Origin: Candidatus Micrarchaeota archaeon
GTDB lineage: Archaea; Micrarchaeota; Micrarchaeia; Micrarchaeales; Micrarchaeaceae
DNA: 64,000 bases
Assembly: GCA_964433165.1 (NCBI GenBank)
Contig: CAYSQH010000001.1
Span: 5,823-69,822 of the forward strand
Direction of reading: 5' to 3'
The first letter of the stretch is position 1; every line of letters starts with the position of its first letter. Shown here in pieces: positions 52,502 to 60,730 of this stretch. The notes beneath the pieces are model-generated. The model was not told the DNA's origin, did no database searches, and saw only the letters and a list, made by a program, of their open reading frames with translations. Both the position numbers and the translations under genes were made by a program.

Positions 52502-54007
52502 CTATTTCGCTATCTTCTCCAGGAACGGGTACGTTTCGTAGAGCCTTTCCTGCTCCAGCTGCTGGTATAGCATGTATATGATCCCTACGGTAAGCAGAAT
52601 CCCCATGCCCGTCCCTATGGCGCCCGTCAGGGTCGCCAGGGCGGCTAGCAGACCTACGAATACGCTACCAAGTACTGTAAGCGTAGGTATGTACTTGTTA
52701 AGCACGTTCTCCACTATCCTAGGATCCCTCCTGAACCCGGGTATCTGCCACCCCATCCCGCCGAGCTGCTCTGCTAGGTTCTTGGGGCTCTGCCCTGTCA
52801 GTTCTACCCAGAACTTCCCGAATACCACACAGAGGAGGACTAGCACTACGGTATAGATTATCATGTGTATCCATTCGGGCACCTGCACCACCCCTCCCCA
52901 CGGAAGGAACAGCGAGGTTGTGTGGCTCACCAGGTAAGTGAAATAAGGGCCGTATCCGCCTATGCCCCCGTAGTTTGCCGAATACGGCAGCGGGAAGCTC
53001 GGCGATATAAGGTATACTAGTCCGCCCGTAAGCTGCTGTGATGTTGCGCCGTTCACGGTAATCGGCGAATAGTATGCTATGAAATGCGCGAGGTTGGCGA
53101 ATGAACCCTTCACGTTGTCTATGAGCCTGAACCAGACGGACAGGCTCAGTGTAAGCGAGGACGCGAGTATGACAGGCAATACGCTGACATAGAGGAATGG
53201 TATGGGCAGCCTTCCGCCTACGCCCCTGAACTGCTCGAAAGTGAGCGGAAGCTCGACCTTCATCTCGTATGCGTATATGCTTGCCAGAAAAACGACTATG
53301 GCGAAGAAGAGCGGGCCGAATGCTATTATCGCATTTGATATGGCTGCGGCACCGCCGGCTTTCACTGCAGCTATCGCCTCCGGAAGCAGTATGCTGAGTG
53401 TTCCCGCAACTATTGAGTATGATACCCCTGCGGCGATGAACATATTTATCCCGGAGGTTATGCCCCATTTGGTCATCATCTCGTCAAGGTAGACTATGAC
53501 TATGGCCCCTATGGCAAGCTGCGCGATGACAAGTCCCATCAGCGACGGAGACGAAACCGGAACGTATCCAGTATAGGCGAATATGAACGATTCCACCACC
53601 GCTATGCCTATCGCGGCAACCTTCTGGAGCGTTTGCATCCTTGCCTTGTTCTTCATGTCGTTCATGTCTATATTCATGAGCCCGGAGCCCGTGACCAGCT
53701 GCAGGACTATGCTCGATAGGACTATCGGGCCTATTCCCACGGTTATAAGGCTGCCTATCTTAGCGGCGAATATTATGCTTATCAGCTGCAGGAACGGCTG
53801 GTTCACCGCGCTGCTGTTGACCCCTATCGCGTATATGTTGTAAAGCAGGAAGTACACTACGATTATAAGACCGGTCCAGAACATCTTCTCCCTGAGGGCG
53901 AGAGCCCTGGTGGGATCCTTTATGCTGGGTACGAACCTCTCAATCTTGTCTACGAATTCAAGAGCCAATTGCAAGCACCAATAGGGTTTATGCGGAACCC
54001 ATGCCAA
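52502..54007 (-). CDS. secY: preprotein translocase subunit SecY
   Basis: About 10 TM helices, with FWTGLIIVVYFLL, GIGPIVLSSIVLQL and GWQIPGFR. The exact start is uncertain. Confidence 0.92.
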   Translation of the reverse strand: MAWVPHKPYWCLQLALEFVDKIERFVPSIKDPTRALALREKMFWTGLIIVVYFLLYNIYAIGVNSSAVNQPFLQLISIIFAAKIGSLITVGIGPIVLSSIVLQLVTGSGLMNIDMNDMKNKARMQTLQKVAAIGIAVVESFIFAYTGYVPVSSPSLMGLVIAQLAIGAIVIVYLDEMMTKWGITSGINMFIAAGVSYSIVAGTLSILLPEAIAAVKAGGAAAISNAIIAFGPLFFAIVVFLASIYAYEMKVELPLTFEQFRGVGGRLPIPFLYVSVLPVILASSLTLSLSVWFRLIDNVKGSFANLAHFIAYYSPITVNGATSQQLTGGLVYLISPSFPLPYSANYGGIGGYGPYFTYLVSHTTSLFLPWGGVVQVPEWIHMIIYTVVLVLLCVVFGKFWVELTGQSPKNLAEQLGGMGWQIPGFRRDPRIVENVLNKYIPTLTVLGSVFVGLLAALATLTGAIGTGMGILLTVGIIYMLYQQLEQERLYETYPFLEKIAK

Positions 54008-55036
54008 CTATGCAGAGATGTCCGCTATGTACGAATTTCCGTTTCTCCTCCCCGAGGCGGTCACGCCGGCGCTCTTCCCCGATATGCCGCCGACCATACC
54101 GCCTATGAAGGCGATAGATATATCAACAAACTCCTTTTTAGCCCTTAGCCTGTCGAACCTTACCTCGATTTTAGGCGGCCTGGAAGACCTTACCGACAGG
54201 TTACCGAGCCCCAGCATTTCGGATATGCGCCCAATGCTCCGCATGCCTTTCCCGTTCTCCCTTAGCCGTGCACCTATCGCATTGCCCGCGTATTCCGCTA
54301 TCCTGCACATGTGCTGCGCATACTCCTTCTCCACCATGACCGAAGAGGAGAGAACGGAATACTCCTCGAGGAATGCCGGGGAGGTCTTCGGAATGCCCGA
54401 TGATGCACTGCGGTTCACCGATTCGACAAACCTGTCGAGCACCGAATGCCCGTCGCTTTCCAGATAAAGCGGTAGGGCGGATGTGGTTATAAATTTGCAC
54501 GATGATGCGCCATTCCCGGAACACTGGATCTCCTCCACTTTCATGTGCTGCCTCTTTGCAGCGGAAAGAAATCCACATATTATCCCGGATTCGAATACAT
54601 GGAGCGCGGTGCCGAGGCGCGGGGGCCTTATCCCATGAAACTCTATCTGTATGAGGTCGCTAAACACGTTGTAGGTCACTTGCTTAAACCCCGCCCTCTC
54701 CAGGAACGAGACAAGGTCTGAGACGCTCTCCTCGTACCACGCGTACCTTTTCCTAGAATCCATCACCTTGTAGAGTGCCTTGCCGGATGAGACACCTGAG
54801 CGGTAGTAAAGGTTGCGCATCCCAGGGGTAAGGGAGGACATCACATAATCGAAGGTAAGCGACAGTTCAGGAACCTTGAACTTTGATTTGCCGTCAATTA
54901 TCTGCATTATCAGCGCCTCGGAGTAGCTTTCGGGGGCGGAGAGCACCGCTGCCATTATACCGCGCCGACCCGGCGCATTTGACCAGGCACCGGCCCGCGC
55001 CTTATTGGGCCTTTGCCTTTTTCTTGTTTTTGCCAT
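54008..55036 (-). CDS. V4R-domain protein (two V4R-like halves)
   Basis: HVFESGIICGFLSAAKRQHMKVEEIQCSGNGASSCKFI matches V4R (C....G...G.....E..C...G...C.F). The second half is degenerate. The start could be 55036 or 54955. Its stop abuts the secY start. Confidence 0.55.
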   Translation of the reverse strand: MAKTRKRQRPNKARAGAWSNAPGRRGIMAAVLSAPESYSEALIMQIIDGKSKFKVPELSLTFDYVMSSLTPGMRNLYYRSGVSSGKALYKVMDSRKRYAWYEESVSDLVSFLERAGFKQVTYNVFSDLIQIEFHGIRPPRLGTALHVFESGIICGFLSAAKRQHMKVEEIQCSGNGASSCKFITTSALPLYLESDGHSVLDRFVESVNRSASSGIPKTSPAFLEEYSVLSSSVMVEKEYAQHMCRIAEYAGNAIGARLRENGKGMRSIGRISEMLGLGNLSVRSSRPPKIEVRFDRLRAKKEFVDISIAFIGGMVGGISGKSAGVTASGRRNGNSYIADISA

Positions 55037-55532
55037 CGATATCCCATTTTCCCCTTTTAGGCTTGCATGCTGGGGCTGAAGACCTGTTAAGATAGTATAT
55101 GCCAAGCACAATGTTCATGATAATAAGAGCAGAAAAGATTAAAGAGGCGTTCTCTGACACGACAGTGCTTAGCAGCGTAGCCTCCCCGGCCCCTGCCAGC
55201 GGGGCTATGATGCTAGACAGTATCGCCGCCTGGCATCCGCATCCGGAGACTATGCCGCCGACCACGGCGGTCGCCGCGGTGGCGCCCGCTGAGGGGACGT
55301 TCGAGGCGTTCCTCACGGACCTGAATATGTAGAATATTGACACGGTGAAGGCGAATGACGACGAGAGCGACAGCGCGTATATCATCGATATAGACACGGA
55401 GCTTATCGGTATCCCGTGCTGCTGCGCCGAGAGGACATACTCAAGCACATAGTAGAAGACAGCGAACGATGCCGCATTGAGTAGCGCGTACCTCGACGTG
55501 TATATGTTCCTGGCGTTTTCCAATGCCCTCAT
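55002..55532 (-). CDS. 4-TM membrane protein with an intramembrane Cys-Gly-Cys motif
   Basis: The start is the ATG at 55532 (ATGA overlap with the upstream stop). VVGGIVSGCGCQAAILSSIIAPLAG lies in the predicted third TM helix. The tail is Lys-rich. Confidence 0.6.
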   Translation of the reverse strand: MRALENARNIYTSRYALLNAASFAVFYYVLEYVLSAQQHGIPISSVSISMIYALSLSSSFAFTVSIFYIFRSVRNASNVPSAGATAATAVVGGIVSGCGCQAAILSSIIAPLAGAGEATLLSTVVSENASLIFSALIIMNIVLGIYYLNRSSAPACKPKRGKWDIDGKNKKKAKAQ

Positions 55533-56554
55533 GCCAGCCCCATCTTTGACTCTATCCGCATTATCGCTGGCATGGAGCAAACTGACGGCCTGCTTCCCCG
55601 GAGCGCGGCGCAAGTCTCAGCTATGTATATGTCCGCGGCGGCGTACTCCTCGTATGCGAAAGTCGTGTTGAAGCTCCTCAGCTGGCTGAATACCTGCTGG
55701 TGCGAGAGATATGTGAGCGGGAGCTTGTTCTGCGACGACGTATATGAGGTCCCGTTGCCGAATACGACGGCGTCCGCGCCTATGTTGAGGGAGCTGCCCC
55801 AGAATGTGAACGGGGTTCCCTGGAAGCTCCCGGTAGAGTTCATGAAATCCATTGCGGCCCTGTATCCCTGGTCCGGCGCATTTGCCGCAAAGAATTTTAT
55901 AGGATTGGTTGATTGGGGAAACTGGAAACCCGATGTTATCGGAGAGTCGTATTCAGCCGTGAATAGGTTTATGTAGTTGCTCGAGTATTCGTTCCCGAAA
56001 CCTGCCGATGATGGTGTGGTGTAGTTCTGCGGCGCCCAGTAGAGCGTCGGCACATCCCCGTCGCCCAGGGAGCTGTATCCGGTATACAAGTTATTGAATG
56101 TCCCGAACCTCGATAGCGCGAGCGCCATTGCCCACCTATTCTCCCCGCAGTATATGCATGATATCGCGCCGACGTATATAACGCTGGGCTTCCCGTTTAT
56201 GACAAGGGCGTTGTACTGCATCGGGTGCCCCAGCGATGCCTCAAACAGCGGGCCGGCATACGCGTCGTTGTATGCCTGCTCCCCGTTAAGGGATACATTC
56301 AGCATCATCTCCCCTGCGGCCTCGAAATTGCTGTCCGGCGCATTGTTTATCACAGATAGTTCCTGCTGCGGAAGCGGGGCGTTTATCCCTGTCAATCTGG
56401 TGCCGAAGGGCTGCCCGCGAATGGCCAGCGACACGTAGGGGTATATTATATACAGCGCCATGGCTGCAATAGCAACGGCAAGAAGCGCGACCGTTATCTT
56501 CAGCACCTTTATCTGCGACCCATATCTTGATTTTCTCGACATCTGAATACCCAA
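55529..56554 (-). CDS. exported DUF929-like thioredoxin-fold protein with a CxxC motif
   Basis: Signal anchor ITVALLAVAIAAMALYIIY. PSVIYVGAISCIYCGENRWAMALALSRFG (CIYC) matches the remembered DUF929 pattern. Confidence 0.6.
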   Translation of the reverse strand: MGIQMSRKSRYGSQIKVLKITVALLAVAIAAMALYIIYPYVSLAIRGQPFGTRLTGINAPLPQQELSVINNAPDSNFEAAGEMMLNVSLNGEQAYNDAYAGPLFEASLGHPMQYNALVINGKPSVIYVGAISCIYCGENRWAMALALSRFGTFNNLYTGYSSLGDGDVPTLYWAPQNYTTPSSAGFGNEYSSNYINLFTAEYDSPITSGFQFPQSTNPIKFFAANAPDQGYRAAMDFMNSTGSFQGTPFTFWGSSLNIGADAVVFGNGTSYTSSQNKLPLTYLSHQQVFSQLRSFNTTFAYEEYAAADIYIAETCAALRGSRPSVCSMPAIMRIESKMGLA

Positions 56555-56709
56555 AATGCAAAACTGTTAATAATTGTTTCAACAGCAATCTATAAAGGTT
56601 TGGCGCTGACCATGGGGTAAGCGCTAGAACTCCTTACAATTTGCCCAATGATCAAATGAGGACTGCACAGGTTTTTGCGGACAAGTCGATGAGCGCGCAG
56701 CTCACGGAG

Positions 56710-57462
56710 ATGGCTGACGTCCACTGCCATCTGGACCTGATCCACGAGCAGAGGCAGGTGTCGGATGCTATCTCCCTAGGGGTAAGGACGATCATAACTA
56801 ACGGCGTGAATCTAGACTCATGTACACGCGCGCTGGAGATTTCCGACGGGAAGCACATCTTCCCGATGCTCGGGGTGGATCCAGAGCACGCTGGTGCACC
56901 CAATTCCGAGATCGACAGGGTAATCGAGCTTGCAAGGAAGAACAGAGGCAGCATAGTGGGCATAGGAGAGGTCGGGCTCGATTACGGAGTTGTGAAGGAT
57001 ACCGTATCCGTAGAACGGCAGAAGGAGGTCTTCGGAAGGTTCATGGATTTGGCGCAGGAGCTCAGGCTGCCGGTCAGCATACATTCCAGGGGTGCTCTCG
57101 ACGACATAATAGAGATGATAGGCGAGAGGGACGCCGCTAATTCCCACATACACTTCTTCGAGGGCAACGTGCAGCAGGCGAAGGCGATAGAGAGGCTTGG
57201 CTGCATGATTTCCATACCACCACTGCAGACCAGCAGGAGGAGCAAGGTTATAAGGGAGATCCCCATAGATAGTATAATGGCAGAGAGCGATTCCCCGGTC
57301 GTGGGCGCATCCCCCAAGGCGGTCGAGACCTCGATAAGGATAATAGCTGACGTGAAGGGCCTTGAATTCACCAAGGTTGCGGATGCGACGACGAGGAACG
57401 CAAAAAGGTTCTTCAAGCCAAACTCTGGAATGAAACTCATGCGGTACGATATGGGCCTGTAG
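56710..57462 (+). CDS. TatD-family metal-dependent hydrolase
   Basis: MADVHCHLD, GEVGLDY, SIHSR and ESDSP. The start is placed at the internal ATG at 56710. The last 10 nt overlap the tRNA-Arg 5' end. Confidence 0.8.
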   Translation: MADVHCHLDLIHEQRQVSDAISLGVRTIITNGVNLDSCTRALEISDGKHIFPMLGVDPEHAGAPNSEIDRVIELARKNRGSIVGIGEVGLDYGVVKDTVSVERQKEVFGRFMDLAQELRLPVSIHSRGALDDIIEMIGERDAANSHIHFFEGNVQQAKAIERLGCMISIPPLQTSRRSKVIREIPIDSIMAESDSPVVGASPKAVETSIRIIADVKGLEFTKVADATTRNAKRFFKPNSGMKLMRYDMGL

Positions 57463-57539
57463 CTCAGCTTGGATAGAGCGGCAGCCTTCTAACAAAAGAA
57501 GAAAGCTGAAGGTCGTGGGTTCAAATCCCACCAGGCCCG
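57453..57539 (+). tRNA. tRNA-Arg (anticodon UCU) with a 12-nt intron at the canonical 37/38 position
   Basis: GGGCCTG TA GCTC..GAGC G GCAGC CTTCTA[acaaaagaagaa]A GCTGA AGGTC GTGGG TTCAAAT CCCAC CAGGCCC G. The intron AGAAG can pair with the anticodon-loop CUUCU, as in a BHB-type substrate. The intron is at about 57492-57503. Confidence 0.85.
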
Positions 57540-57575
57540 GGAGCGTTTGCCGCAGACCGGATGCGGATCATTCGG

Positions 57576-57942
57576 TTATCTTCTGGAGAACTTTTTTATG
57601 GTGGAATATGTCAGCTGTTTTATCTGCCATTCCGTAAACCCTTCATCAGATCGCCCTTGCAGGAACTCCGTGCAATTCCCCAAACTCCTTATACCGGACT
57701 TGAAGAAATCTGATGGTCTGCTGCGATCGTATTCCTTTTCCACTCCCAGGTGCGGCACATAGTCGATATATATTCGGTCTATCGTCCCCCTCCATGAGAA
57801 GCTGCCTTAGCCGCATCATAATACCATTTCCCCTTATCGTTGCCTTGTTGTATTCCTTCCAGTCCCTGCAGTGTACATGCGGGTCTATATGCTTGGTCGC
57901 ATGTCTTCTTGGGGCATCGCTCCACCAATAATTATTCCCCAA
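57576..57942 (-). pseudogene. possible degenerate amidohydrolase fragment (HxH motif) split over two frames
   Basis: The ORF 57646-57942 reads ...KHIDPHVHCRDWKE..., like the IDPHVH.R metal motif of dihydroorotase-type amidohydrolases, and stops after 98 aa. The overlapping ORF 57576-57758 lies in another frame. Confidence 0.3.
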
Positions 57943-58007
57943 AATGAACCATAAACAAGTCCCATTTATATGAAACTGATTGCGCTGATGGTCATGGGCA
58001 ATCTTGC

Positions 58008-58892
58008 TCAGCTACCTGGGGTCAAGGGGGCGGGAAGAGTCTCGATCTGGCTCAGGGACACCGGCCTGCCTATCGATGTCTCGTTCAGGAGGAGCAGCGT
58101 GTCTATTGTATATGTCTGGTTTGCGGCAAAGGATGGCAGGTGGATATTAGTCTGTGCGGATAGGTTGAGAGGCACGCGGTACTGGTCGGATATGCACGAA
58201 TTGAATCCGCCATTTATCTGCATTCCGCTGAGCAGCGAATCTGCGAGCGCGGCTGTGGAGATATTAGAACTGCCGGATGAAAGGTCCGACAATGCAGTGG
58301 AGTTAAGCCTCAGGCTCTCGGTGCCGTTGACGAATGTGCACGGTAGCCCGTTATGGGAGGTCTGCCTTACGAAATTCACAGAGGTCGAGCTCAATGAGAG
58401 CAGCCTGTGCGCATTTGAGAGCAGCGTTCCCGATGAGTTGTACTGGTAGGACAGCCTGTTGCATGCGGACTGATTCCCGTATGGGGATATGGAAAAAGCG
58501 CAGCTGTAGGTGCCGTTCCCTGGCCGGTTTATGAACACCACGGCGAATTTCTCCCCTATCGTCTCGTTCACCAAGAAGGCTATCCCTATCCTGCTTGCGT
58601 TTCCTATGGATTCGTAATTGATTAGCACCGGGAACGTCTTTGAAGACGAAGATGTGGCGTAGGACGAATTGGGCGCAGATATGGTAATGGCTCCCGTATA
58701 TGAGACGTTTGTCTGGCTGGGCCCGGTGGATAAAAGGTACTGCATCAGGGACCCTATCCCCTCGTGCCCGGATATCGACAGGGAATCGATCTTGCCTCCT
58801 GCAAGAGGCTTGTAGCTATGGAGCGCAAACGCGGCTACTGCAACGGCTATGACAACAACTGCAATGGCATAGATTATCGCCCGCATGCTCAT
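58008..58892 (-). CDS. N-terminally anchored extracellular glycoprotein candidate
   Basis: Signal anchor AIIYAIAVVVIAVAVAAFAL. The protein is Ser/Asn rich with many N-x-S/T sequons. Confidence 0.55.
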   Translation of the reverse strand: MSMRAIIYAIAVVVIAVAVAAFALHSYKPLAGGKIDSLSISGHEGIGSLMQYLLSTGPSQTNVSYTGAITISAPNSSYATSSSSKTFPVLINYESIGNASRIGIAFLVNETIGEKFAVVFINRPGNGTYSCAFSISPYGNQSACNRLSYQYNSSGTLLSNAHRLLSLSSTSVNFVRQTSHNGLPCTFVNGTESLRLNSTALSDLSSGSSNISTAALADSLLSGMQINGGFNSCISDQYRVPLNLSAQTNIHLPSFAANQTYTIDTLLLLNETSIGRPVSLSQIETLPAPLTPGS

Positions 58893-58910
58893 GACACCTC
58901 CTGTATTAGA

Positions 58911-59342
58911 TTACACCCTCGGGAGCTGTTCCTGCTGGGCCTGTACCCCGCCGCGCTTGCCTTGTTTTTCCATCCTAGCTCCGGAGAACTGCAGCTGCAC
59001 ATCCTCGTCCATCTCAAGGTCCATCCATGCCTTTATGTAGGTCGCCATGTTCTTGAACGGCTTGGAGAACCTGTCGGTAAGTATGTAGGTATTATTTTCA
59101 TGCTTAAGCAGCCCTATCTCCACTCCGAAGTCCAGATAGCGTTTTGCGGTCGCCACGGGTATGTGTTTTGGAACGTTCTTGAGCCTCAGACCCTTTCCGA
59201 TCTTTACAGAATGTATCAGAGTAGCGAACCTGTATGCTTCAGTCTCGTTATCGAAGAATATCTTTGCAACGTCCTTGACTTTTACGTCCTTGAGCTTCTC
59301 CTTGAGCGGTGCATCCTCAAATTCCCAGTATTTTATCGCCAT
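58911..59342 (-). CDS. hypothetical protein, possible winged-helix DNA-binding domain
   Basis: IPVATAKRYLDFGVEIGLLKHENNTYILTDR is a wHTH-like segment. Length is 143 aa. Confidence 0.45.
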   Translation of the reverse strand: MAIKYWEFEDAPLKEKLKDVKVKDVAKIFFDNETEAYRFATLIHSVKIGKGLRLKNVPKHIPVATAKRYLDFGVEIGLLKHENNTYILTDRFSKPFKNMATYIKAWMDLEMDEDVQLQFSGARMEKQGKRGGVQAQQEQLPRV

Positions 59343-59366
59343 CCCGTCACAGCTATAAAGAGGGAC

Positions 59367-60467
59367 TTAATGCTTAATAAATGTTATTATGTCACCGCTT
59401 TTGAGCACGTGCTCAGACCCAACCCTCTGCCTGCTGAACTTTGCGCTGGGGCCGGATATGTAGGCGCACTTCAGGTTGTCGAGTATTTCAGTATGTATCT
59501 TAGACGCTGCAGATCCGACAGTTGAGCCGTCCCTCAGTATCATGGGCTTGGTGACCGACTCCTCCTTCGGCTTCAGGTATACCGTTATTATCCCGAGATT
59601 ATCGTATATCGACTTCTTGAGCCGCTCTATGTTCGTCCCGGAGGTTGCGCTTATCGGCACCACCTGTATCTGGTGTCTTTCCCTCATGCGCTCCGCGATG
59701 CCTGCATAGTCTTCCGACAGGTCTATCTTGTTCAGTGCGACTATCGCGCGCATGTATCTTGTCCTTCCGGACACCACATCTATCAGGTCATCTGCAGACA
59801 TCTGCTCCTCTATCCTTATCCGCGCGTTGTGCACCCCGAACCCGGAGACTATCTCTGATATCTCCTTCTCGTCTAGTTCTGACCTGTTAACCTCTATCAC
59901 CAACCCTATGTTGCTCGGGGATTCCCTGACGAAAGCCCGGGGCCTTGGCTTGTTTATCGTCACATGAAGCGACTTGAGTTCGCTTAGGAGTATTCCGAGG
60001 TGCTCCGGTTTCTTCGAATCTATCACGAATACGACCAGGTCCGCGACTTTCATGGAAGACACTACAGACCTGCCGCCTCCGGCGCCTATGTGGGCGTTTT
60101 CTATTATTCCAGGCATGTCGAAAATCTGCACGTGCGCATCGTTGTATATCATCATTCCGGGAACCACGGTTGTTGTGGTGAATTCATACATCGCCGTCTT
60201 GGAGCGCGTGTTTGTAAGCCTGTTTATTATCGATGATTTTCCGGCGCTGGGAAATCCCATCAATGCCACCGTCGCGTCGCCAGTCTTCTTCACGGAGAAT
60301 CCGATGCCGCGCTGCCCCTTTCCGGCGGCGATTATGTCCTTTTTTATTTCCGCGATTTTCCTTCGCAGTATTCCGAGATGTTTGTTGGTCGCCTTGTTGT
60401 ACTTGGTCTTCGAGTATTCGCCCTTGAGTTCCTCAAGCTTTTCTTCAAGCGTGGATTTGTCGGCCAT
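59367..60467 (-). CDS. DRG/Obg-family GTPase with a TGS domain
   Basis: G1 GFPSAGKSS, G3 DMPG, G4 NKID and a C-terminal TGS-like domain (RDGSTVGSAASKIH). Confidence 0.9.
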   Translation of the reverse strand: MADKSTLEEKLEELKGEYSKTKYNKATNKHLGILRRKIAEIKKDIIAAGKGQRGIGFSVKKTGDATVALMGFPSAGKSSIINRLTNTRSKTAMYEFTTTTVVPGMMIYNDAHVQIFDMPGIIENAHIGAGGGRSVVSSMKVADLVVFVIDSKKPEHLGILLSELKSLHVTINKPRPRAFVRESPSNIGLVIEVNRSELDEKEISEIVSGFGVHNARIRIEEQMSADDLIDVVSGRTRYMRAIVALNKIDLSEDYAGIAERMRERHQIQVVPISATSGTNIERLKKSIYDNLGIITVYLKPKEESVTKPMILRDGSTVGSAASKIHTEILDNLKCAYISGPSAKFSRQRVGSEHVLKSGDIITFIKH

Positions 60468-60617
60468 TTGATCATTTTCTCGAAGTCAAAAACTTATGAC
60501 GTGCATAAATGAATCTTTATCAAGATAAACAAACGTTTATGCCGCAGATTTTAATTATACATCACTCTTAAATACTTAACTAGTGTTGGTTAAACTGCTA
60601 TTAGCAAAGTGACACAA

Positions 60618-60674
60618 ATGGCAAAGAAAACAAAGAAAACAACAAAGAAGAAGGTATCAAAGAAGAAAAGGTAA
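60618..60674 (+). CDS. possible 18-aa Lys-rich micro-ORF (MAKKTKKTTKKKVSKKKR)
   Basis: ATG-to-TAA ORF with AT-rich TATA-like sequences upstream and a perfect hairpin 14 nt downstream. It could instead be the complement of a T-rich terminator tract for SRP54. Confidence 0.25.
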   Translation: MAKKTKKTTKKKVSKKKR

Positions 60675-60687
60675 TGACCAAATTGTT

Positions 60688-60709
60688 GGGAACGATCGTT
60701 ATCGTTCCC
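60688..60709. terminator. perfect 9-bp stem / 4-nt loop hairpin flanked by T-rich (plus strand) and A-rich tracts, between convergent units
   Basis: GGGAACGAT cgtt ATCGTTCCC is followed by attttcttctttttcttttta. Confidence 0.55.
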
Positions 60710-60730
60710 ATTTTCTTCTTTTTCTTTTTA

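Noticed and set aside
55037-55111. Upstream extension of the V4R ORF (the listed start at 55111).
   Set aside because: It would overlap the preceding membrane-protein gene by more than 100 nt. The internal ATGs at 55036 or 54955 are more plausible starts.
57540-58000. Integrated element at tRNA-Arg.
   Set aside because: There is no integrase or recombinase gene. I spotted no direct repeat of the tRNA 3' end downstream, and only short degenerate ORFs are present.
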